Assembly: GCA_963514005.1 (NCBI GenBank)
Contig: OY740782.1
Coordinates: forward strand, 15,438,001 to 15,502,000
Length of the DNA stretch: 64,000 nucleotides
DNA from: Raja brachyura
Taxonomy: Eukaryota
Direction of reading: 5' to 3'
Part shown: piece by piece, positions 22,843-35,979 of the stretch
How the letters are laid out: each line of letters opens with the position of its first letter
How positions within the stretch are numbered: the first letter of the stretch is position 1
Notes under the pieces: generated by a model
Told to the model about the DNA's origin: nothing
What the model saw: only the letters and a program-made list of their open reading frames with translations
The model's database searches: none
Position numbers and translations under genes: made by a program

Positions 22843-24132
22843 TCTAACTTCTAAAACTCTCGATGTTCGCTTGTGCAGATTCTTGCTTGCTTGCTTAAAC
22901 TTTTTCTTTGATTCACATCTCCTTGAAAACCCGACATGGTAACGGTGAAACTTTTCCATATTCCAGTAGAGATTTTCCTCGTGATTTCAAAAATACCTTA
23001 ATCTCTAAATTTGATTAATTATTTCCTGGGTTTTTTTCTAAAATTGTTCACTAATCTGACATCTGTTTAAAATCTAACCGTGCCGAAGCCAGCTGGATGA
23101 CATCACAATGCCACAATGAGGTCACAACGGCCAACTGTGCAGAATTTTCAATGCACAGCCACGAGCTGTGAGTAACGTGACCCAGCTGCCCTCTCCCCCT
23201 GTCCCTCCCCAGGCTCTGGATTTAAGCCGTTGAACACATGATCAAGTTGTGCTGTACGCTCCGCTGGGCTTATTGAATTTCAACAACATGGTGGCGTCAG
23301 TCGTTATTGCAGCGCAGCCGCGTACAAGCACAGTTGAAAAGTGGTCATCGCGGCTATCACTGGGGATGACCTCCTCTCCATCTCCCCCGCCCGATCGCCT
23401 GTCACGCTGGTGAGTGCGCTTACCCTCGTGGAAGCCAAGATCAGCCAGCCCTCCGCTGTTTTTCACTGTCCTCAAATCGCTCCGGGCATCGCTCTGGTTC
23501 ACGACAGCCGCAGCCTAGCTCGGGCCTGGCACCTGATGGGGAGGCTTGTGCTCTATGACATGGTCTATGCTCTATGGAGAGGGGGTGGGGGTGGAGAAGG
23601 GGGGATGGAAGGGGGGGGTGGAGAGGGTGGAGGAGAGGGGGGGGAGGGGGAGAGGGGGAGAGGGGGGAGGGGCCCTTCAACTCTGCCACCCACCCCTCTC
23701 TGCCCCTTCCCTCTCTGCCCTACTCCCTCTCTGCCTGTCCTTCCTCTCTGCCTCTCCCTTCATCTATTCCCTCCCCCCTCCCTCTCTGCCCCCCACTCTC
23801 TCTGGGGAGTGGTGAATATTGGGATCTATGGGTGAGTGGTGGAGTATTGCGTTCGAGAAGCAGCCCTCCCCAGTGATGTCACCCCCCCCCCTAATCTCTA
23901 ACCCCCTCCCTCTCCACCTCCCCCCCTTCTCCAGCCACACCTGCACAGTTGGGGGTTATGTGTGAGTGAATAAGGTGGGGATGAGATAAAAGCTGCGAAT
24001 TAATAATATTAATATAATATCAAGGGGGGGGGGGGGTTAGTGTGTTTGTGCGTGATGCTGGAGCCTCCCCCCCCCCCCCCCCCACAACCGCGCGTTCAGG
24101 GGACGGGACCCAATGGGTCCCCTTTGGTCTAG
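22843..24132 (+). mobile_element. Non-autonomous Helitron
   Basis: A|TCTAACTTCTAAAAC start; GGGACCC-AAT-GGGTCCC hairpin just before CTAG|T end; no TSD. Confidence 0.8.
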
Positions 24133-24534
24133 TTAATGTTATATCTTACATGCAACAGATACCAAGCCATAAAACCCTCACATACAAACGCAAGGCACCA
24201 ATGTTGAATTATCAAACTTGTTCCGTGCCAACATAAAATATGGCTGAGTTTCATGCAGCTTTCAGGAAGCGCTCTATCTTTCGCTTAGATTGTGGCTGAT
24301 CCAGCACTTCAAAGTGAAAGCTATTAAATCTTACACTAAAATACCAACTGTTCCATCAGTTAATCAGAAGCATTGGTTCCCTACGAGATGTAGAAGTATT
24401 GGCTATTGCAAACTATGTTTACATTGGTTTAACTTATTTGCCTTAACTGCAGCCAGTGATAGAGAATTTTCCTGTTCTGTTTTGATATTTTCTTTTCTCC
24501 ATGTCATTCACTCTATTAAAGAGGTTTACATGCA

Positions 24535-24830
24535 CATTAAGCTTTTCACAGCTGCAGGACTTCCCAAGGGGCTCTGGAGCAATCAAAGTGCATATGAAGT
24601 GTAGCCTCTGTCGTAAACTAGGGGAATTAACCTCTCAATTTGTACACAGCAAGGTTACACAAACAGTGAGATAAATTGTTGGATAATGTGTTTCGAAGAT
24701 GGTGCTTGAAAAATAAATATAGGGTATTGCGAAAATTATAATTACCTGTTCTTCACTGAAGTAGTGTCTGTGGATTATCTACAAGAGAGTTGACAGAACT
24801 TCTGTCTAACTTTTCATTTTATAAATTTGG
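24535..24830 (-). mobile_element. Old DeuSINE (SacSINE1/AmnSINE-like) relic
   Basis: gaagtgtag..ctgtcgtaa..aatttgtacacagcaag..cacaaacag..gataatgtgttt..aaatat matches the Deu-domain SINE consensus as I recall it. Confidence 0.6.
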
Positions 24831-24859
24831 CATGTTAGCACAATCGGGATACATTTACA

Positions 24860-25755
24860 TTCGCAACGGAGACAGAGTCCCCATAATGCTTACCTTTCAC
24901 CCCATCAGCCGTCGCATTCAACATATAATCCGCCGACATTTTTGCCACCTCCAACGTGATCCAAACACTAATCACACCTTCCCATCCCCACCTCTTTCCG
25001 CCTTCCGCAGAGACAGCTGCCTCCGCGACTACCTGGTTGACTCATCCCTTCCCACCCTTCCCACCCCCTCCCCAGGAGATGCAACCCCTGTACCTATACC
25101 TCCTCCCTTGACTCTGTCCAGGGACCCTGACAGTCCTTTCAGATAGAGGTTCACTTGAAGCTCCTCTAACCTCATCTACTGTATCCGTTGTTCAAGATAT
25201 GGACTCTTATACATCAGCAAGAGCAAACATAGACTGGGCGATTGCTTCACCCAACACCTTTGTTCAGTTTGCCTTAACCGACTTGATCTCCCGGTTACTA
25301 AACACTCCCATTCTCCTTCCCATTCCCACACAGACCTTTCTGTCCTCGGTCTCCTCCATTTCAGAGTGAAGCTAAACGCAAATTGGAGGAACATGCTCTC
25401 ATATTTCGCTTGGGCAGCTTACAGCCCAGTGGTATGATAGGGATTTCTCTAACTTCAAATAACTCCTGCATTCCCTCTCTCTCTCTCTATCCCTCCCCAA
25501 CCCAAGTCACACCAGCTTCTCGTTTTCATCAGACAAACAGCCGACAACGGCCTGTTTCCTTTATCATCGTTACTTTTTTGCATATCTTTCATTCATTGTT
25601 CTTTATCACTCCACATCATCATCTATATCTCTCGTTTCCCTTATCCCTAACCAATATCTGAAGAAGGGTCTTGACCTAAAACGTCACACATTCCTCTTTC
25701 CAGATATGCTGCCTGTCCCACTGAGTTACTCTAGGAATTTGTGTCTATCTTCGGA
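24860..25755 (+). mobile_element. Penelope-like retroelement 3' part: GIY-YIG endonuclease remnant plus terminal repeat
   Basis: RVPIMLTFHP..IIRRHFCHLQRDP..FPSPPLSAFRRD..SSNLIYCIRCSRYGLLYI..RLGDCFTQHL..EEHALIFRLGSLQPSGM, with frameshifts. Confidence 0.9.
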
Positions 25756-26429
25756 TTAATGTGAAATTGGGTGGTAATTTTCCTCAGGCATTGAAGGAAA
25801 CCACATTTCAATGTATTTAAGATTTTTGCTAGTTATAAACTAATTTAATTCATAGAAAAAGAATCTTATAGTATTTCAAACAATTGTAAAATCCTTCCAG
25901 GGATTGAATTATGCAAAATATTGTACTGTTTGAGAAGATGGAATTCATTTCAGCTTAAAAAATTATACACCTGGCTTCAATTACACAACATCTGTTAACA
26001 TCATTTCCTGTAATTTTCCAAATGTACTTATATAAGGAGAAGCTATTTTGTGAAAATTTGTGTGACCAGTTTAATTTCTGCACGTTACGATCTGATTCAC
26101 AAGTGGAAATATAAGATCATAATCACCTGGGCAACCTCAAAAGATTTTGGGGGGTTTTGCTATTGGAAATTATTTTGACGGTGAATAAAATATGTGTCAC
26201 ATGTGGAAATGTGAGTTTGTGTTTCAGTGCACAAGTCATTTTAGAAGATTGCCATCACACCACAGTCAGGTCCATAGTTTGTAGTTGAAGAAGATAAGAG
26301 AGCATCCATATTGGCCATGAAGAGACATGAAGGACTCTATTTGCGTGAAAGGGCATGAATTTCCAATTCCCCATGTTCAGAATCTGTCTTGTGCCTCCAT
26401 ACGCACTCAATAAAGGTATGGGTTTTAGA

Positions 26430-26940
26430 GTGTCTAAAGATACAGAGTGGAAATAGGATATTTGGCCCACTGTATCCAGTGCCGACAATTGATCATCAGT
26501 TTGCACCTAGTTCATTGTCATCGCACTTTTTCATCCACACTAGCGGCAATTTACAGAGGTCAATTAAGCTACAAGCCCACACGTTTTGGGGATGTGGGAG
26601 GAAATTGCAGCACATGGAGGAAACACACATGTTTACAGTGAGAGAACATCTTTGGAGAAAAGGAACAGGCGATGTTTCAGGGTCGAGACCCTTCTTCAGA
26701 ATTCTTCAGTCTGAAGAAGGGTCTCGACCCAAAACGTCGCCTGCTCCTTTTCTCCAGATATGCTGTCTGACCTGCTGAGTTACAACCAGCTTTTTTGTGT
26801 CTATCTATGGTTTAAACCAGAATCTGTGGTACATTCCTCCAATGTTTACAGTGAGAACGTGCAAACTCCACACCGATAGCAACCGAGGTCAGGATCAAAC
26901 CCGGATCTCTGGCGCTGTGAGACAGCAACTCCACCAACCG
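26430..26940 (-). mobile_element. V-SINE-like SINE interrupted by a palindromic Penelope repeat (26645-26830)
   Basis: SINE halves rejoin across a duplicated atgtttacagtgaga. Confidence 0.7.
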
Positions 26941-27744
26941 TTGTGATCAGGTTAGCTGTGCAACCAATCAGATTAAATAATTCTGACAAGTATCTGACTG
27001 ATGTGTTAAATGGGTGAGAAGTATATTCTGCACTGTGTATCCTTCTGTATCAAAGCAACATGCAACTAGTTTTAATTGGCCTTTGAAATATAATTAATAT
27101 AGTGTTATATCTAGTAGAGCTCTACTTCACAGCTCCAGTGATCCAGGTTCAATCGTAATTTATGGTGCTAATTTAGTGTTTAGGTTTATGATTGTAAAGC
27201 GTATTAAGTTACAGTGAAAAATGTTGTTTTCTAAACTATTCAAACAGATCAGATATACATACATAAATACAATAAATTAAAACTCAAGTACAATCGAGAT
27301 AGCAAAGGGAAGGATGCAGATTGCAGAATATAATTCTCAGCCATTTAACACATAGACAAGGTCCAATGTCCACCATGGATTAGAGGCGGTACGACAGTAC
27401 ACTAGCTTATGGAAGGACCAGAGATAGACACAAAATGCTGGAGTAACTCAGCGGGACAGCATCTCTGGAGAGAAGGAATGGGTGACGCTTTGGGTCGAGA
27501 CCCTTCTTCTGACTGATGGATTTATGGAAGGACCTTCCAGAAGCTTGATAACTGAGGGGAAGAAGCTGTACCTGACTTTGGTAGTGTGCACTTTTAAATT
27601 TCTGCAGTCAATGTGCAAGTTTCATGCATTCCCTGTGACTGCAAAGCCTCCCTCTAAGTACTCTGGTTTCTTCCCACATATGTGGCAGATTAATTAATCA
27701 CTGTAGATTTTCTCTAGTGTGTTGGTGAGTTGTAGAATAGAAAG

Positions 27745-28430
27745 TAAGTAAGAAAGTAAGTAAGTTTATTAGCTAAGTAGTCACATACAAGGAATTTGCC
27801 TTGGTGCTCCGCCCACAAGTAACAACATGACATACAGTGACAGTTATGAATGACTCAGGAAACACTAAACACTAATAATAATAAAACATTAATGATAAAA
27901 CACCATTGATCAAGCATGTGAACCAACAAAATACCAGATCAAAGGGAGGCTACAGATTTTTGGCTGTTGAGTGGAGCAACTACTCGTGGATAAAACCTGT
28001 TTTTATGTCTGGCTGTGGCAGCTTTGACAGTCCGGACTCACCTTCCAGAGGGAAGTGATTCAAAGAGATTGTGGCCAGGGTGAGAGGGGTCAGAGATGAT
28101 CTTGCCCGCTCGCTTCCTGGCCCTTGCAGTGTACAGTTCATCAATGGAGGGAAGATTGCAGCCAATAACCTATCTGACAGAGGGGTTCAGGCACAGTCAA
28201 CTCGGAAAGTTTGGAGTGTAGTAGCTCTGGCACAATGGTGTTGAATGCAGAGCGAAAATCAACAAACAGGATCCTCGCATAGGTCCCCTGGCGGTTTAGG
28301 TGCTGTAGGATGAAATGCAGGCCTAGGTTGACTGGATCATCCACAGATCTATTTGCCCAATATGCAAACTGCAGAGGGTCCAGCAGGGAGTTTGTGATAT
28401 TTTTCAGCTTGGCCAGCACAATCTGCAAAG
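27745..28430 (-). mobile_element. Rex1-like LINE, internally deleted (RT N-part joined to 3' end)
   Basis: LDPLQFAY..NRSVDD..YARILFVDFRSAFNTIVP jumps at about 28175 to the C-terminal region; (TTAC)n tail. Confidence 0.85.
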
Positions 28431-28499
28431 ATTTGATGGGTATGAGGGGAGACTAAAATTTGATTAGAATAGGATTAATGCAAATGGGTGCTTTATAAG

Positions 28500-28948
28500 T
28501 TGATAAATTTATGTGAAAGGAGCAGAATTAGGCCATTCGGCCAATCAGGTCTATTCCATCATTCAATCACGGTCGATCTATCATTCCCTCATAACCCCAT
28601 TCTCATACCATCTCCCCATAATCCCAGGCATCCATACAAATTAAGAATCTATCCTTCTCTGCCTTAAACATCTCCAGTGATGGCCTCCACAGCCTTCTGT
28701 GGCAATGAATTCCACAGATTAACCAACCTCAGAGCAGTGCAGTCAAACGCTCAATATATGTTAACCCACTCATTCCTAGGATCATTCTCATAAACCTCCT
28801 CTGTGCCCTCCCCAGCGCCAGCCAATCCTCCCTCAGATATGGCTCCCAAAATTGCTCACCCTACTCCATAAGTGGTCTGACCAGCACCTGATAGAGCCTC
28901 AGCATTACTCCCCTCTTTTTGTGTTTAAGCTCTCCCAAAATAAATGCT
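28500..28948 (-). mobile_element. CR1 fragment(s)
   Basis: Complement of CR1 3' UTR and LVRPLME..QFW region. Confidence 0.75.
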
Positions 28949-28949
28949 A

Positions 28950-29160
28950 GCATTTATATAAGTATATAAGTAGTTCAGAGCTTATTTGGAGATTGAAGTA
29001 TTTAATAGCCGAATGGCTGTCGGGAAGAAGCTGTTCCTGAACCTGAACGGTATCATTTTCATGCTCCTGTATCTTCTTCCCGACAAAAGCGCAGAGATGA
29101 CAAGAGACGGGCCTTTGAACTCTTGCGGCATGGATTCTGAGCTGCTGCACAGTGGAAAAG
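28950..29160 (-). mobile_element. Rex1-like LINE 3' fragment
   Basis: LLSGRRYRSMK..RFRNSFFPTAIRLLN. Confidence 0.75.
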
Positions 29161-29499
29161 AAAGATATTCAAACATGAGCAGCAAGTGTAAATGTGAAAG
29201 TGATGAAGTTGTCTTGAATCCAGACCAAGTGACTGCAGGGCGTGATGCCCCATAACAATTTTTTTATAAACATTCACATATGGAGTATGATTTACTGCCA
29301 GGGCGCAATCAAATACAAGTTCTGGAGATGGTGAAAATAATACTACTTCCAGAACAGATCAGTGCAATAAATCATCTCCTCCACCAAATCGCTAATAATT
29401 TTTCCCACTCATAATTTGACTTTGTAAGACCATAAATCATCTATGGCTTAGATTCAGCTGCGAAGATGCATTTACTCTATTTAATATAAAGTTGATAAT

Positions 29500-30190
29500 A
29501 GATGGTGATGAAGATGATGATGGTTATAATGATACCATATCGTTGCTTGCATCTAGCCAAGTGCAGTGAAATTCTTCGTTTTTGCGTACAAACCACGCAA
29601 AAGAGTTGCCACAAAGTGCCGACAAGGTTACATAAAGTGCTCACCCCTTCTTTGTCGCCCACCCCAAGCGTTCCTTTGTTCCCTGTGCCCACCCCATGCC
29701 TGGTCCCTCTGTGTTCTCGGGGCCCCCTTTGTTCTTGGTTTACTCCACCTCCTACTGGGTCCCCTTTGTTCTCAGTGGCCCCCCCTTCTTCCCCCACCCC
29801 CCCCCCCTCACTGGGTCTCCTATGGTTCTCACCAGACCCCCCCAGGCCGGGTCCAACTTTCTTCTCAGCCCCCCCCCCCCCCCTGTCTCCCCCCCACTGG
29901 GTCTCCTATGGTTCTCAGTGCCCCCCACATCTGGGGCCCCTTTGTTCTCGGTGACGCGGACCATCCGCCTGGGCCCGACCTTGTCCTCGGCCCATCTCGA
30001 CCCCAAGGCCTTGTCCTCAGCACGACTCCATTTGAGGCTCGTCTGCAGAGACTCTGACTCGATCACCTCGCTTCGACCACTCACTCCACGCCGGCTTCCC
30101 AGAGGCTGCGGTGCCCTGTGGGGCGAGTCCTCCTCTGCCATCTGACCACGGCCGGCTAGTCGGGCCTGCTCACCGGGAGTGTCCTCGCAC
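29500..30190 (-). mobile_element. GC-rich non-autonomous retroposon with internal CCTTTGTTCTC-type repeats
   Basis: Tail aagaatttcactgcacttggc; repeated ccc(t)ttgttctc units; related stretches at 34330-34760 and 46625-47240. Confidence 0.5.
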
Positions 30191-30197
30191 ACTGCTC

Positions 30198-30625
30198 ACA
30201 TTTTATTTTTTATTAATCCAAAATCCTTTTATTCAATTATACAGAAATACAGAGTTGTAACAAAATCAAGACTGCCATTGGCAGCTTACAATCAAACAGT
30301 TATCAGATAAAAATATTGTCAACTTTATCTCCAACACACTCGATCGCCCGCGGCAACCAGCGTTCACGGATGGCCTCCAGAGTCCCCGTGGACAGCGCAT
30401 GTGTGGTCCCTCTGCAGGGACACCCGGGCATGGACATAGGCCTGGGAGAGGGGCAGGCACCTGGGCAGAACCCTCGGCTGCTGCTGCATGTACACGCGAA
30501 TAGCCATCTTCGCCAGGCCGAGGTGAAAACCAACAGGGAGAATCCCCCCTTTCCCTCCCTTCCGACCCTCCCCCCTCCGTACCGGGTGACCCCCAACTCA
30601 CCAGGAAGGTCCCAGCCCCGCTGAC
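30198..30625 (-). mobile_element. Tx1/L1-clade LINE 3' end
   Basis: LGLAKMAIR..AYVHARVSLQRDH/ALSTGTLEAIRERW; A-rich tail. Confidence 0.75.
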
Positions 30626-32370
30626 ATCTTCAGACAACTGAAGAAGTGTCTCGACCCATTCCTTCTTTCCAGAGATGCTGCCTGACCCGCTGAGTTACTC
30701 CAGCATTTTGTGTTTATCTTTGATGTAAACCAGCATCTGCAGTTCCCTCCTGCACAGTGTAGGCACTACTTTGGTTTTCTGGGTTGATCGCTGATCCGAG
30801 TGTTACAGCCCAAGTAATTTGTGTTTTCATTGCAATTTTATCATTTGCTCATTTTCCTCCCAATCTCTTCGGGATGCTTTCAAAGCCATTTTGGACGGGA
30901 GTCCAAACACAGCAATGTAATACCTGCGACAATTGCTTCAATGTGCCTCATGAAATTCCTTTGCTTCATCAGTCATTTTTCTTACATTTTGTTAACACAC
31001 TTGAATCTGATAAAGAGGCATGATTTACTCTGATGTTCTGGTGCGATAAGAATCCAAATTTCAACAATAGTTTCTTCGCCATTTTCTGTCATGTTGAAAT
31101 TTGACCCCATGCTTTTTTGGTTGAGTAAACTAATTATATGCTCTGTGTTGGATGGAAAGGAATTTTGAGTGGTTTGTGGGACAACAAGAAAAAAAGTTCA
31201 ACTATCTGTTTTGAATTTTTGATTCTTATCGCACCAGAACATCCCGAGGCAGAGTAAATCATGCCTCTTTATCAGATCCAAGTGTGTTAACAAGACCCCG
31301 GTCATGAGCTTGTGGTCTGGACTCTCGATGATTAAAAACATTGCTCGAGATGCGATCTGTTTGCTGTCAGCTGACTGTCTGCCAAGCAAGTCATGTCAAC
31401 AGTGCGAAAGAAAAAAATGTTTTGTAAGCGTAGAAATTCTGTCCAGCGTGCAATAAGATGTTGCATGTATATAACAGAGTTATGCATGTGGTCTGGAAAT
31501 TTACAAAAATGTTGCATCCACTTTTTATTCTCCCCCTTTGTTGTGGCCACCTAAACTTGCATTGGCAAACCACGGAGGCAGCAGCTTCCCTATGCACTGA
31601 AAGCAGAATGTAATGATGCATGAGCAACAAGGAAGGAAGAGCCCAAAGCAAGCATAAAATGGGCAGGGAGGAACTGTAGATGCTGGTTAAAACCAGCACG
31701 GTTGTAATCATGCATTGTCTTTCAGATGGCTGGTTAGCCAGCAACAAAAGCTTTTAACTTGTACCTCGGTACACGTGACAATAAACTAACTGAACAGCAA
31801 AGATAGACACAAAAAGCTGGAGTAACTCAGCGGGTCAGACAGCATCTCTGGAGAAAACTAATAGGTGAACCCGATACCATCTGAAGTGGGGCTCCGACCA
31901 GAAACGTCACCTATTCTTTTTCTCCAGGGATGCTGCCTGGACCATGGAGTTACTCCTGGATGTTGTGCCTCTCTTCTGCATATTTTTAAATGTGGAAGCA
32001 ATCATTGTTCATCTTGGAAAGACATATTGCACCATGAGCTCGTTTTTTTTAATCCCATGAAAAGCTTCATCTCTCCCTGAATTGCAAGAGCCTTATAAAC
32101 GAATAGTAAGGGAAAATGAACAAGGATGATGAATAGGATCCAGCTAGTCTTTGAGACGGGGCGTGAAAGCAATCTGGCTGCAACATCTGTCACTCTCTGA
32201 TGACTCGGGTTGGTTTTGTTGATCAACTAGTGGACATATGAAACAACCCGATAATTTCATATATATATTCTGCCCTGAACTCAATATCTCCTTGTCAAGG
32301 GCAAAGTCTGCTACAATGACTTTCGCACTTCCCTACCCAGTACATACCCTTCGAATATTGCTGTTATAGT

Positions 32371-33420
32371 TAGGTATGTTACAAAACTTACCTTTAGCGG
32401 TGCTGGAGTTCTGCCGCTGGTCGTGTGCGCGACTTTGGCGCCTTTAAGGGGGGGGGGGGGGGGGGGTTAAAATGCGGTTTTCCCCTTGCCATCTGGAGCT
32501 TTATTTTCTTGGAGTGTGATCTATTTTTGGAGATTCGTTCTGACTGCGGGTAAGTCCGTTTTTTTGAAAAAACGTCCGACTATTTAATTGCTGCAGTGAA
32601 ATAAAAATGAGCTCCCAATGCCGTGAACACCGACAACGGGGACCGATTTTACGTAGGGGACAGGTAAGTGAAAGCTGTTTATTTTTTCATATAAACTTGC
32701 TTTTTTAGGGAACTTTAATCAATATTTCATGTTGCGAAACGGTGATTTAGCCCCCATATGAACTGTCAGAATTTTTCCTGCTGATATGGGGTTTAAATTC
32801 ACCGCTACCGCAACGTTCCAATGCAGCGCGTTCCACAAAATCCCACTCGCAAGCTGTTTAAAATGCCCATTAATTTGCAGGCATTAAACACTGAATTCGT
32901 TCAATTTGGCCTATTAATTAATGACAATTAGATTTAAAAATCATGTTTTAGTGTGAATTATTGGTTGACTGTTAATTGGACACATAGGCTCTAAATTCTT
33001 TTTTAATTTTTTCTTAAGAAGTTTGATAAATGTTTAGATCTAGTAATTGAATTTTGTAATTGGTACAATTGGGTAACTAACTAATTATATGCTTTCATTT
33101 CAGGTCATCCAAGTAAGATTGTTTCATATTTGTTTCAGAATACTTCAATCTATAATAACTGAAAATTTCTTTCAGTTCTCTTAAATTTTAAGGAAGTTAT
33201 GGGCTTTTGACTGTCCTCGATCACAACTTTTGTGACAAGTCAATAGAAAAGCAATAGGAAGCAAGTTGCTAATTACCGAGTATGAAAATGGCCCTAACTT
33301 TTTTAATACTGAAGATATGAAAGTGAATTAGGTGTCAAATTAAACTTATTTCTATCCTTTATCTGATGGGATAAATTGCAGACTTGATTTTTTAAATCTC
33401 AAAATTTTGTAACATTGCTA
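32371..33420 (+). mobile_element. Non-autonomous TIR DNA transposon (hAT-like), copy 2, 7-bp TSD
   Basis: Same termini as copy 1; TSD TTATAGT. Confidence 0.92.
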
Positions 33421-34589
33421 TTATAGTAAGGATCCTCCGTCCGAAGATCGACACAAAGAGCTGGTCAGTGGGGCAGGCAGCATCTCTGGAGAAAAAGCAA
33501 TAGGTGATGTTCCGGGCCGAGACCCTCCTTCAGACGGGGTCTTCTTCTGAAGGAGGGTCTTGACCCGAAAACTTCACCCATTTCCTTTCTCCAGAGATGC
33601 TGCCTGTCCGGCTGAGTTACCCCAGCTTTTTGTGTCTATCATCGGTTTGAACCAACATCTGCAGTTCCTTCCTGCACATCGTCTGGGTGAACATTGCCTG
33701 CCACACAAACTTAAAAATTGCAGAGCAATAAGATTGAAAATTATCCATAACAATATTATGTGTGGCATATTGTAAATGGTCAATGGTGCTTGTCAAAACA
33801 CACAGTGAAGTTCTTTTTTTTGCATTCAGTTAGTAAAGTATCACAATCCCTGATGTGCAAAACATACAGAAATAACCAATGATAACGCATGCAAGAGGAG
33901 CCTGGTTTTGGTGCCATTCCAAAATCTAGTCTGGTCTTCGCTGCAGTTCTTATGGAGCTGAGCCCAATCCAGGAGAGCCCTAGGCTGCTTAAGGACCTCC
34001 AGCTGTCGCCTTCATCCGGATCATCCCGGAAACCAAGTGTGACCCAAAACGTCACCCATTCCTTCTCCCCAGAGAGGCTGCCTGTCCCGCTGAGTTTGTG
34101 TCTATCTTCAGTGTAAACCAGCATCTGCACTTCCTTCCTTCACATCCAGAGAACCAACATCCCCCTCCTCGCACGTCCGCCGTTGTGCCCCGGGGGTGCC
34201 TCCCCCAGCCAATGTTGAGGTGATGCAGGGATCCTATCGCTGTTGAGGCAATGTGCTCCTGCATTTCATAACCACCCAGAATCAGAAGCATCCATTTTCT
34301 TGAGATTAGAATAAAGTTTTCAAATATAATGGAATGGAATACTTTATTGTCACATGTGACAAGGCCCAGTGACATTCTGTGCTTGCCTACCCAAGGTATG
34401 TAAATAGATGCCACGTAAAGGGCGATGACAGAGTTATAAAGTAGCCCCACCATTGTTCTTCCTCCTCACCCTCCTTCCTGGCAGTCCCCCCACGCTGGGT
34501 CCTCCATTGTTCCTCCCCCCCTCCCCCCCCATGGTGGTTCCCCAGCGCCCTCATCGACCGCCGATGCTCCACTGTCGCTGCTGAGGCCT

Positions 34590-34712
34590 CACTGCCACCG
34601 AGGCTCCACCATCGGCGAGGCTCCACCGCCACCAAGGCTCCGCAACCACCGAGGCTCCACCGCCACAGAGACTCCTCCACCACTGAGGCTCCACAACCAC
34701 TGAGACTCCATT
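34590..34712. repeat. Short tandem array (GAGGCTCCACCGCCACC-like, ~6 units)
   Basis: Directly visible repeats. Confidence 0.8.
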
Positions 34713-34934
34713 ACCGCAGGCAGGCTTTGCCGCCTGGCTTCTGAGGTTTTGCTCTGAACATCTGGGGATGTACTGCACTTATAAGGGTGGCGCCACAGAC
34801 TGTCCAAACCTGACAAAGTCATGCCTTTTAAGTCAGCATAGTACACCCTGCCATCTCCCTCACTGGATATATCTCAAGTTCATGGCAGACACACCAAGTG
34901 GAAGTGCTGGTGTGTAGATTCAGAAGGAAATGTT

Positions 34935-35260
34935 TAGTTTTTTTTGTTTAGTTTAGTTAATTTCAGTTTAGAGATACAGTGCGGAAACAGGCCCTTTAGC
35001 CCATCGAGCCCGCACCGACCAATAATCCCCGCACACAAACACACACTAGGGACAATTTACACTTACACCAAGCCAATGAACTGACAAAACTGTACATCTT
35101 TGGAATGTGGGAGGAAACCGAAGATCTCGGAGAATACCCTGGCAGGTCACAGCGAGAACGTACAAACTCTGTACAGACAAGCACCCATAGTCGTGATCGA
35201 ACCCCGGTCTTTTGTGCTGCAAGCACTGTAAGGCAGCGACTCTACCGCTGAGCCACCGTG
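34935..35260 (-). mobile_element. HE1/V-SINE-like SINE, near full length
   Basis: (GTTTA)n tail; complement of 46266-46592. Confidence 0.9.
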
Positions 35261-35474
35261 GGTTGTCTTGGTTGTCTTTGCACCTGACTCGGAAGGATAA
35301 CAAGGGCAGTTGAGCTCTGGTTGGGAGATTCTAATGCACATCACCAAGTCACTCAATAACACCACAACTGGTCCATTCACATAACAGTCAGAACCTTTCC
35401 TTGCAGTCAGAACATTTTCCCAGGAGGGAAAATCAAATCCTAGAAGACATAGATTTTAGGTGAGAGGGGTGATG

Positions 35475-35895
35475 TCTTATTTGTGCATGTGGCATGCACA
35501 GCCTACAGTTGTAGATCAAGGGTAGACATCCAGGCCAGGGCAGCATCAGTTACTGGGTGGATGGCTTTGATGTCACCAGGGAAAAGCCTCAGTGGGCAGT
35601 CATTCACGATGGTCTGGTCTGGATGTCCGCAGTCACAAGCAGGGCTGTCTGTCATCCCCCACTTATGCAGGTGATGGGCTGTTCTTGCATGGAGGGCGCG
35701 GATTCTGTTCAGGGTTAGCCATTGCTTGCGATGGAGGTCAAAACCCGGTGGTTCCACTGTGGGGTCTGTGAGGACATCTCCATTGATGGTGTTGGCATCT
35801 TTCCAGGCTCTGTGGCACTCTGTCTTGGAGTCAATGTCTTCCAGGGATTTAACGGAAGACCAGGAGGGTTCGTGGGACTTCAGGCACATGTTGGG
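35475..35895 (-). mobile_element. Vingi/Ingi-like LINE 3' end
   Basis: DPTVEPPGFDLHRKQWLTLNRIR..LHKWGMTDSPACDCGHPDQT..NDCPLRLFPG..AWMSTLDLQL; inserted in a CR1 fragment. Confidence 0.75.
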
Positions 35896-35979
35896 CAGTT
35901 GGGATGAAGTTTAAGGGAGGTGTCAGGGCAAGTTTTTTTACACGAAGGTTGGTGAGTGCCTGGAGCACGCTTTATGGGA

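Noticed and set aside
23341-23946. Gly/Pro-rich ORFs
   Set aside because: Translations of G- and C-tracts inside a Helitron
29477-30192. Overlapping Pro/Gly-rich ORFs
   Set aside because: Open in several frames because of C-rich internal repeats; no domain
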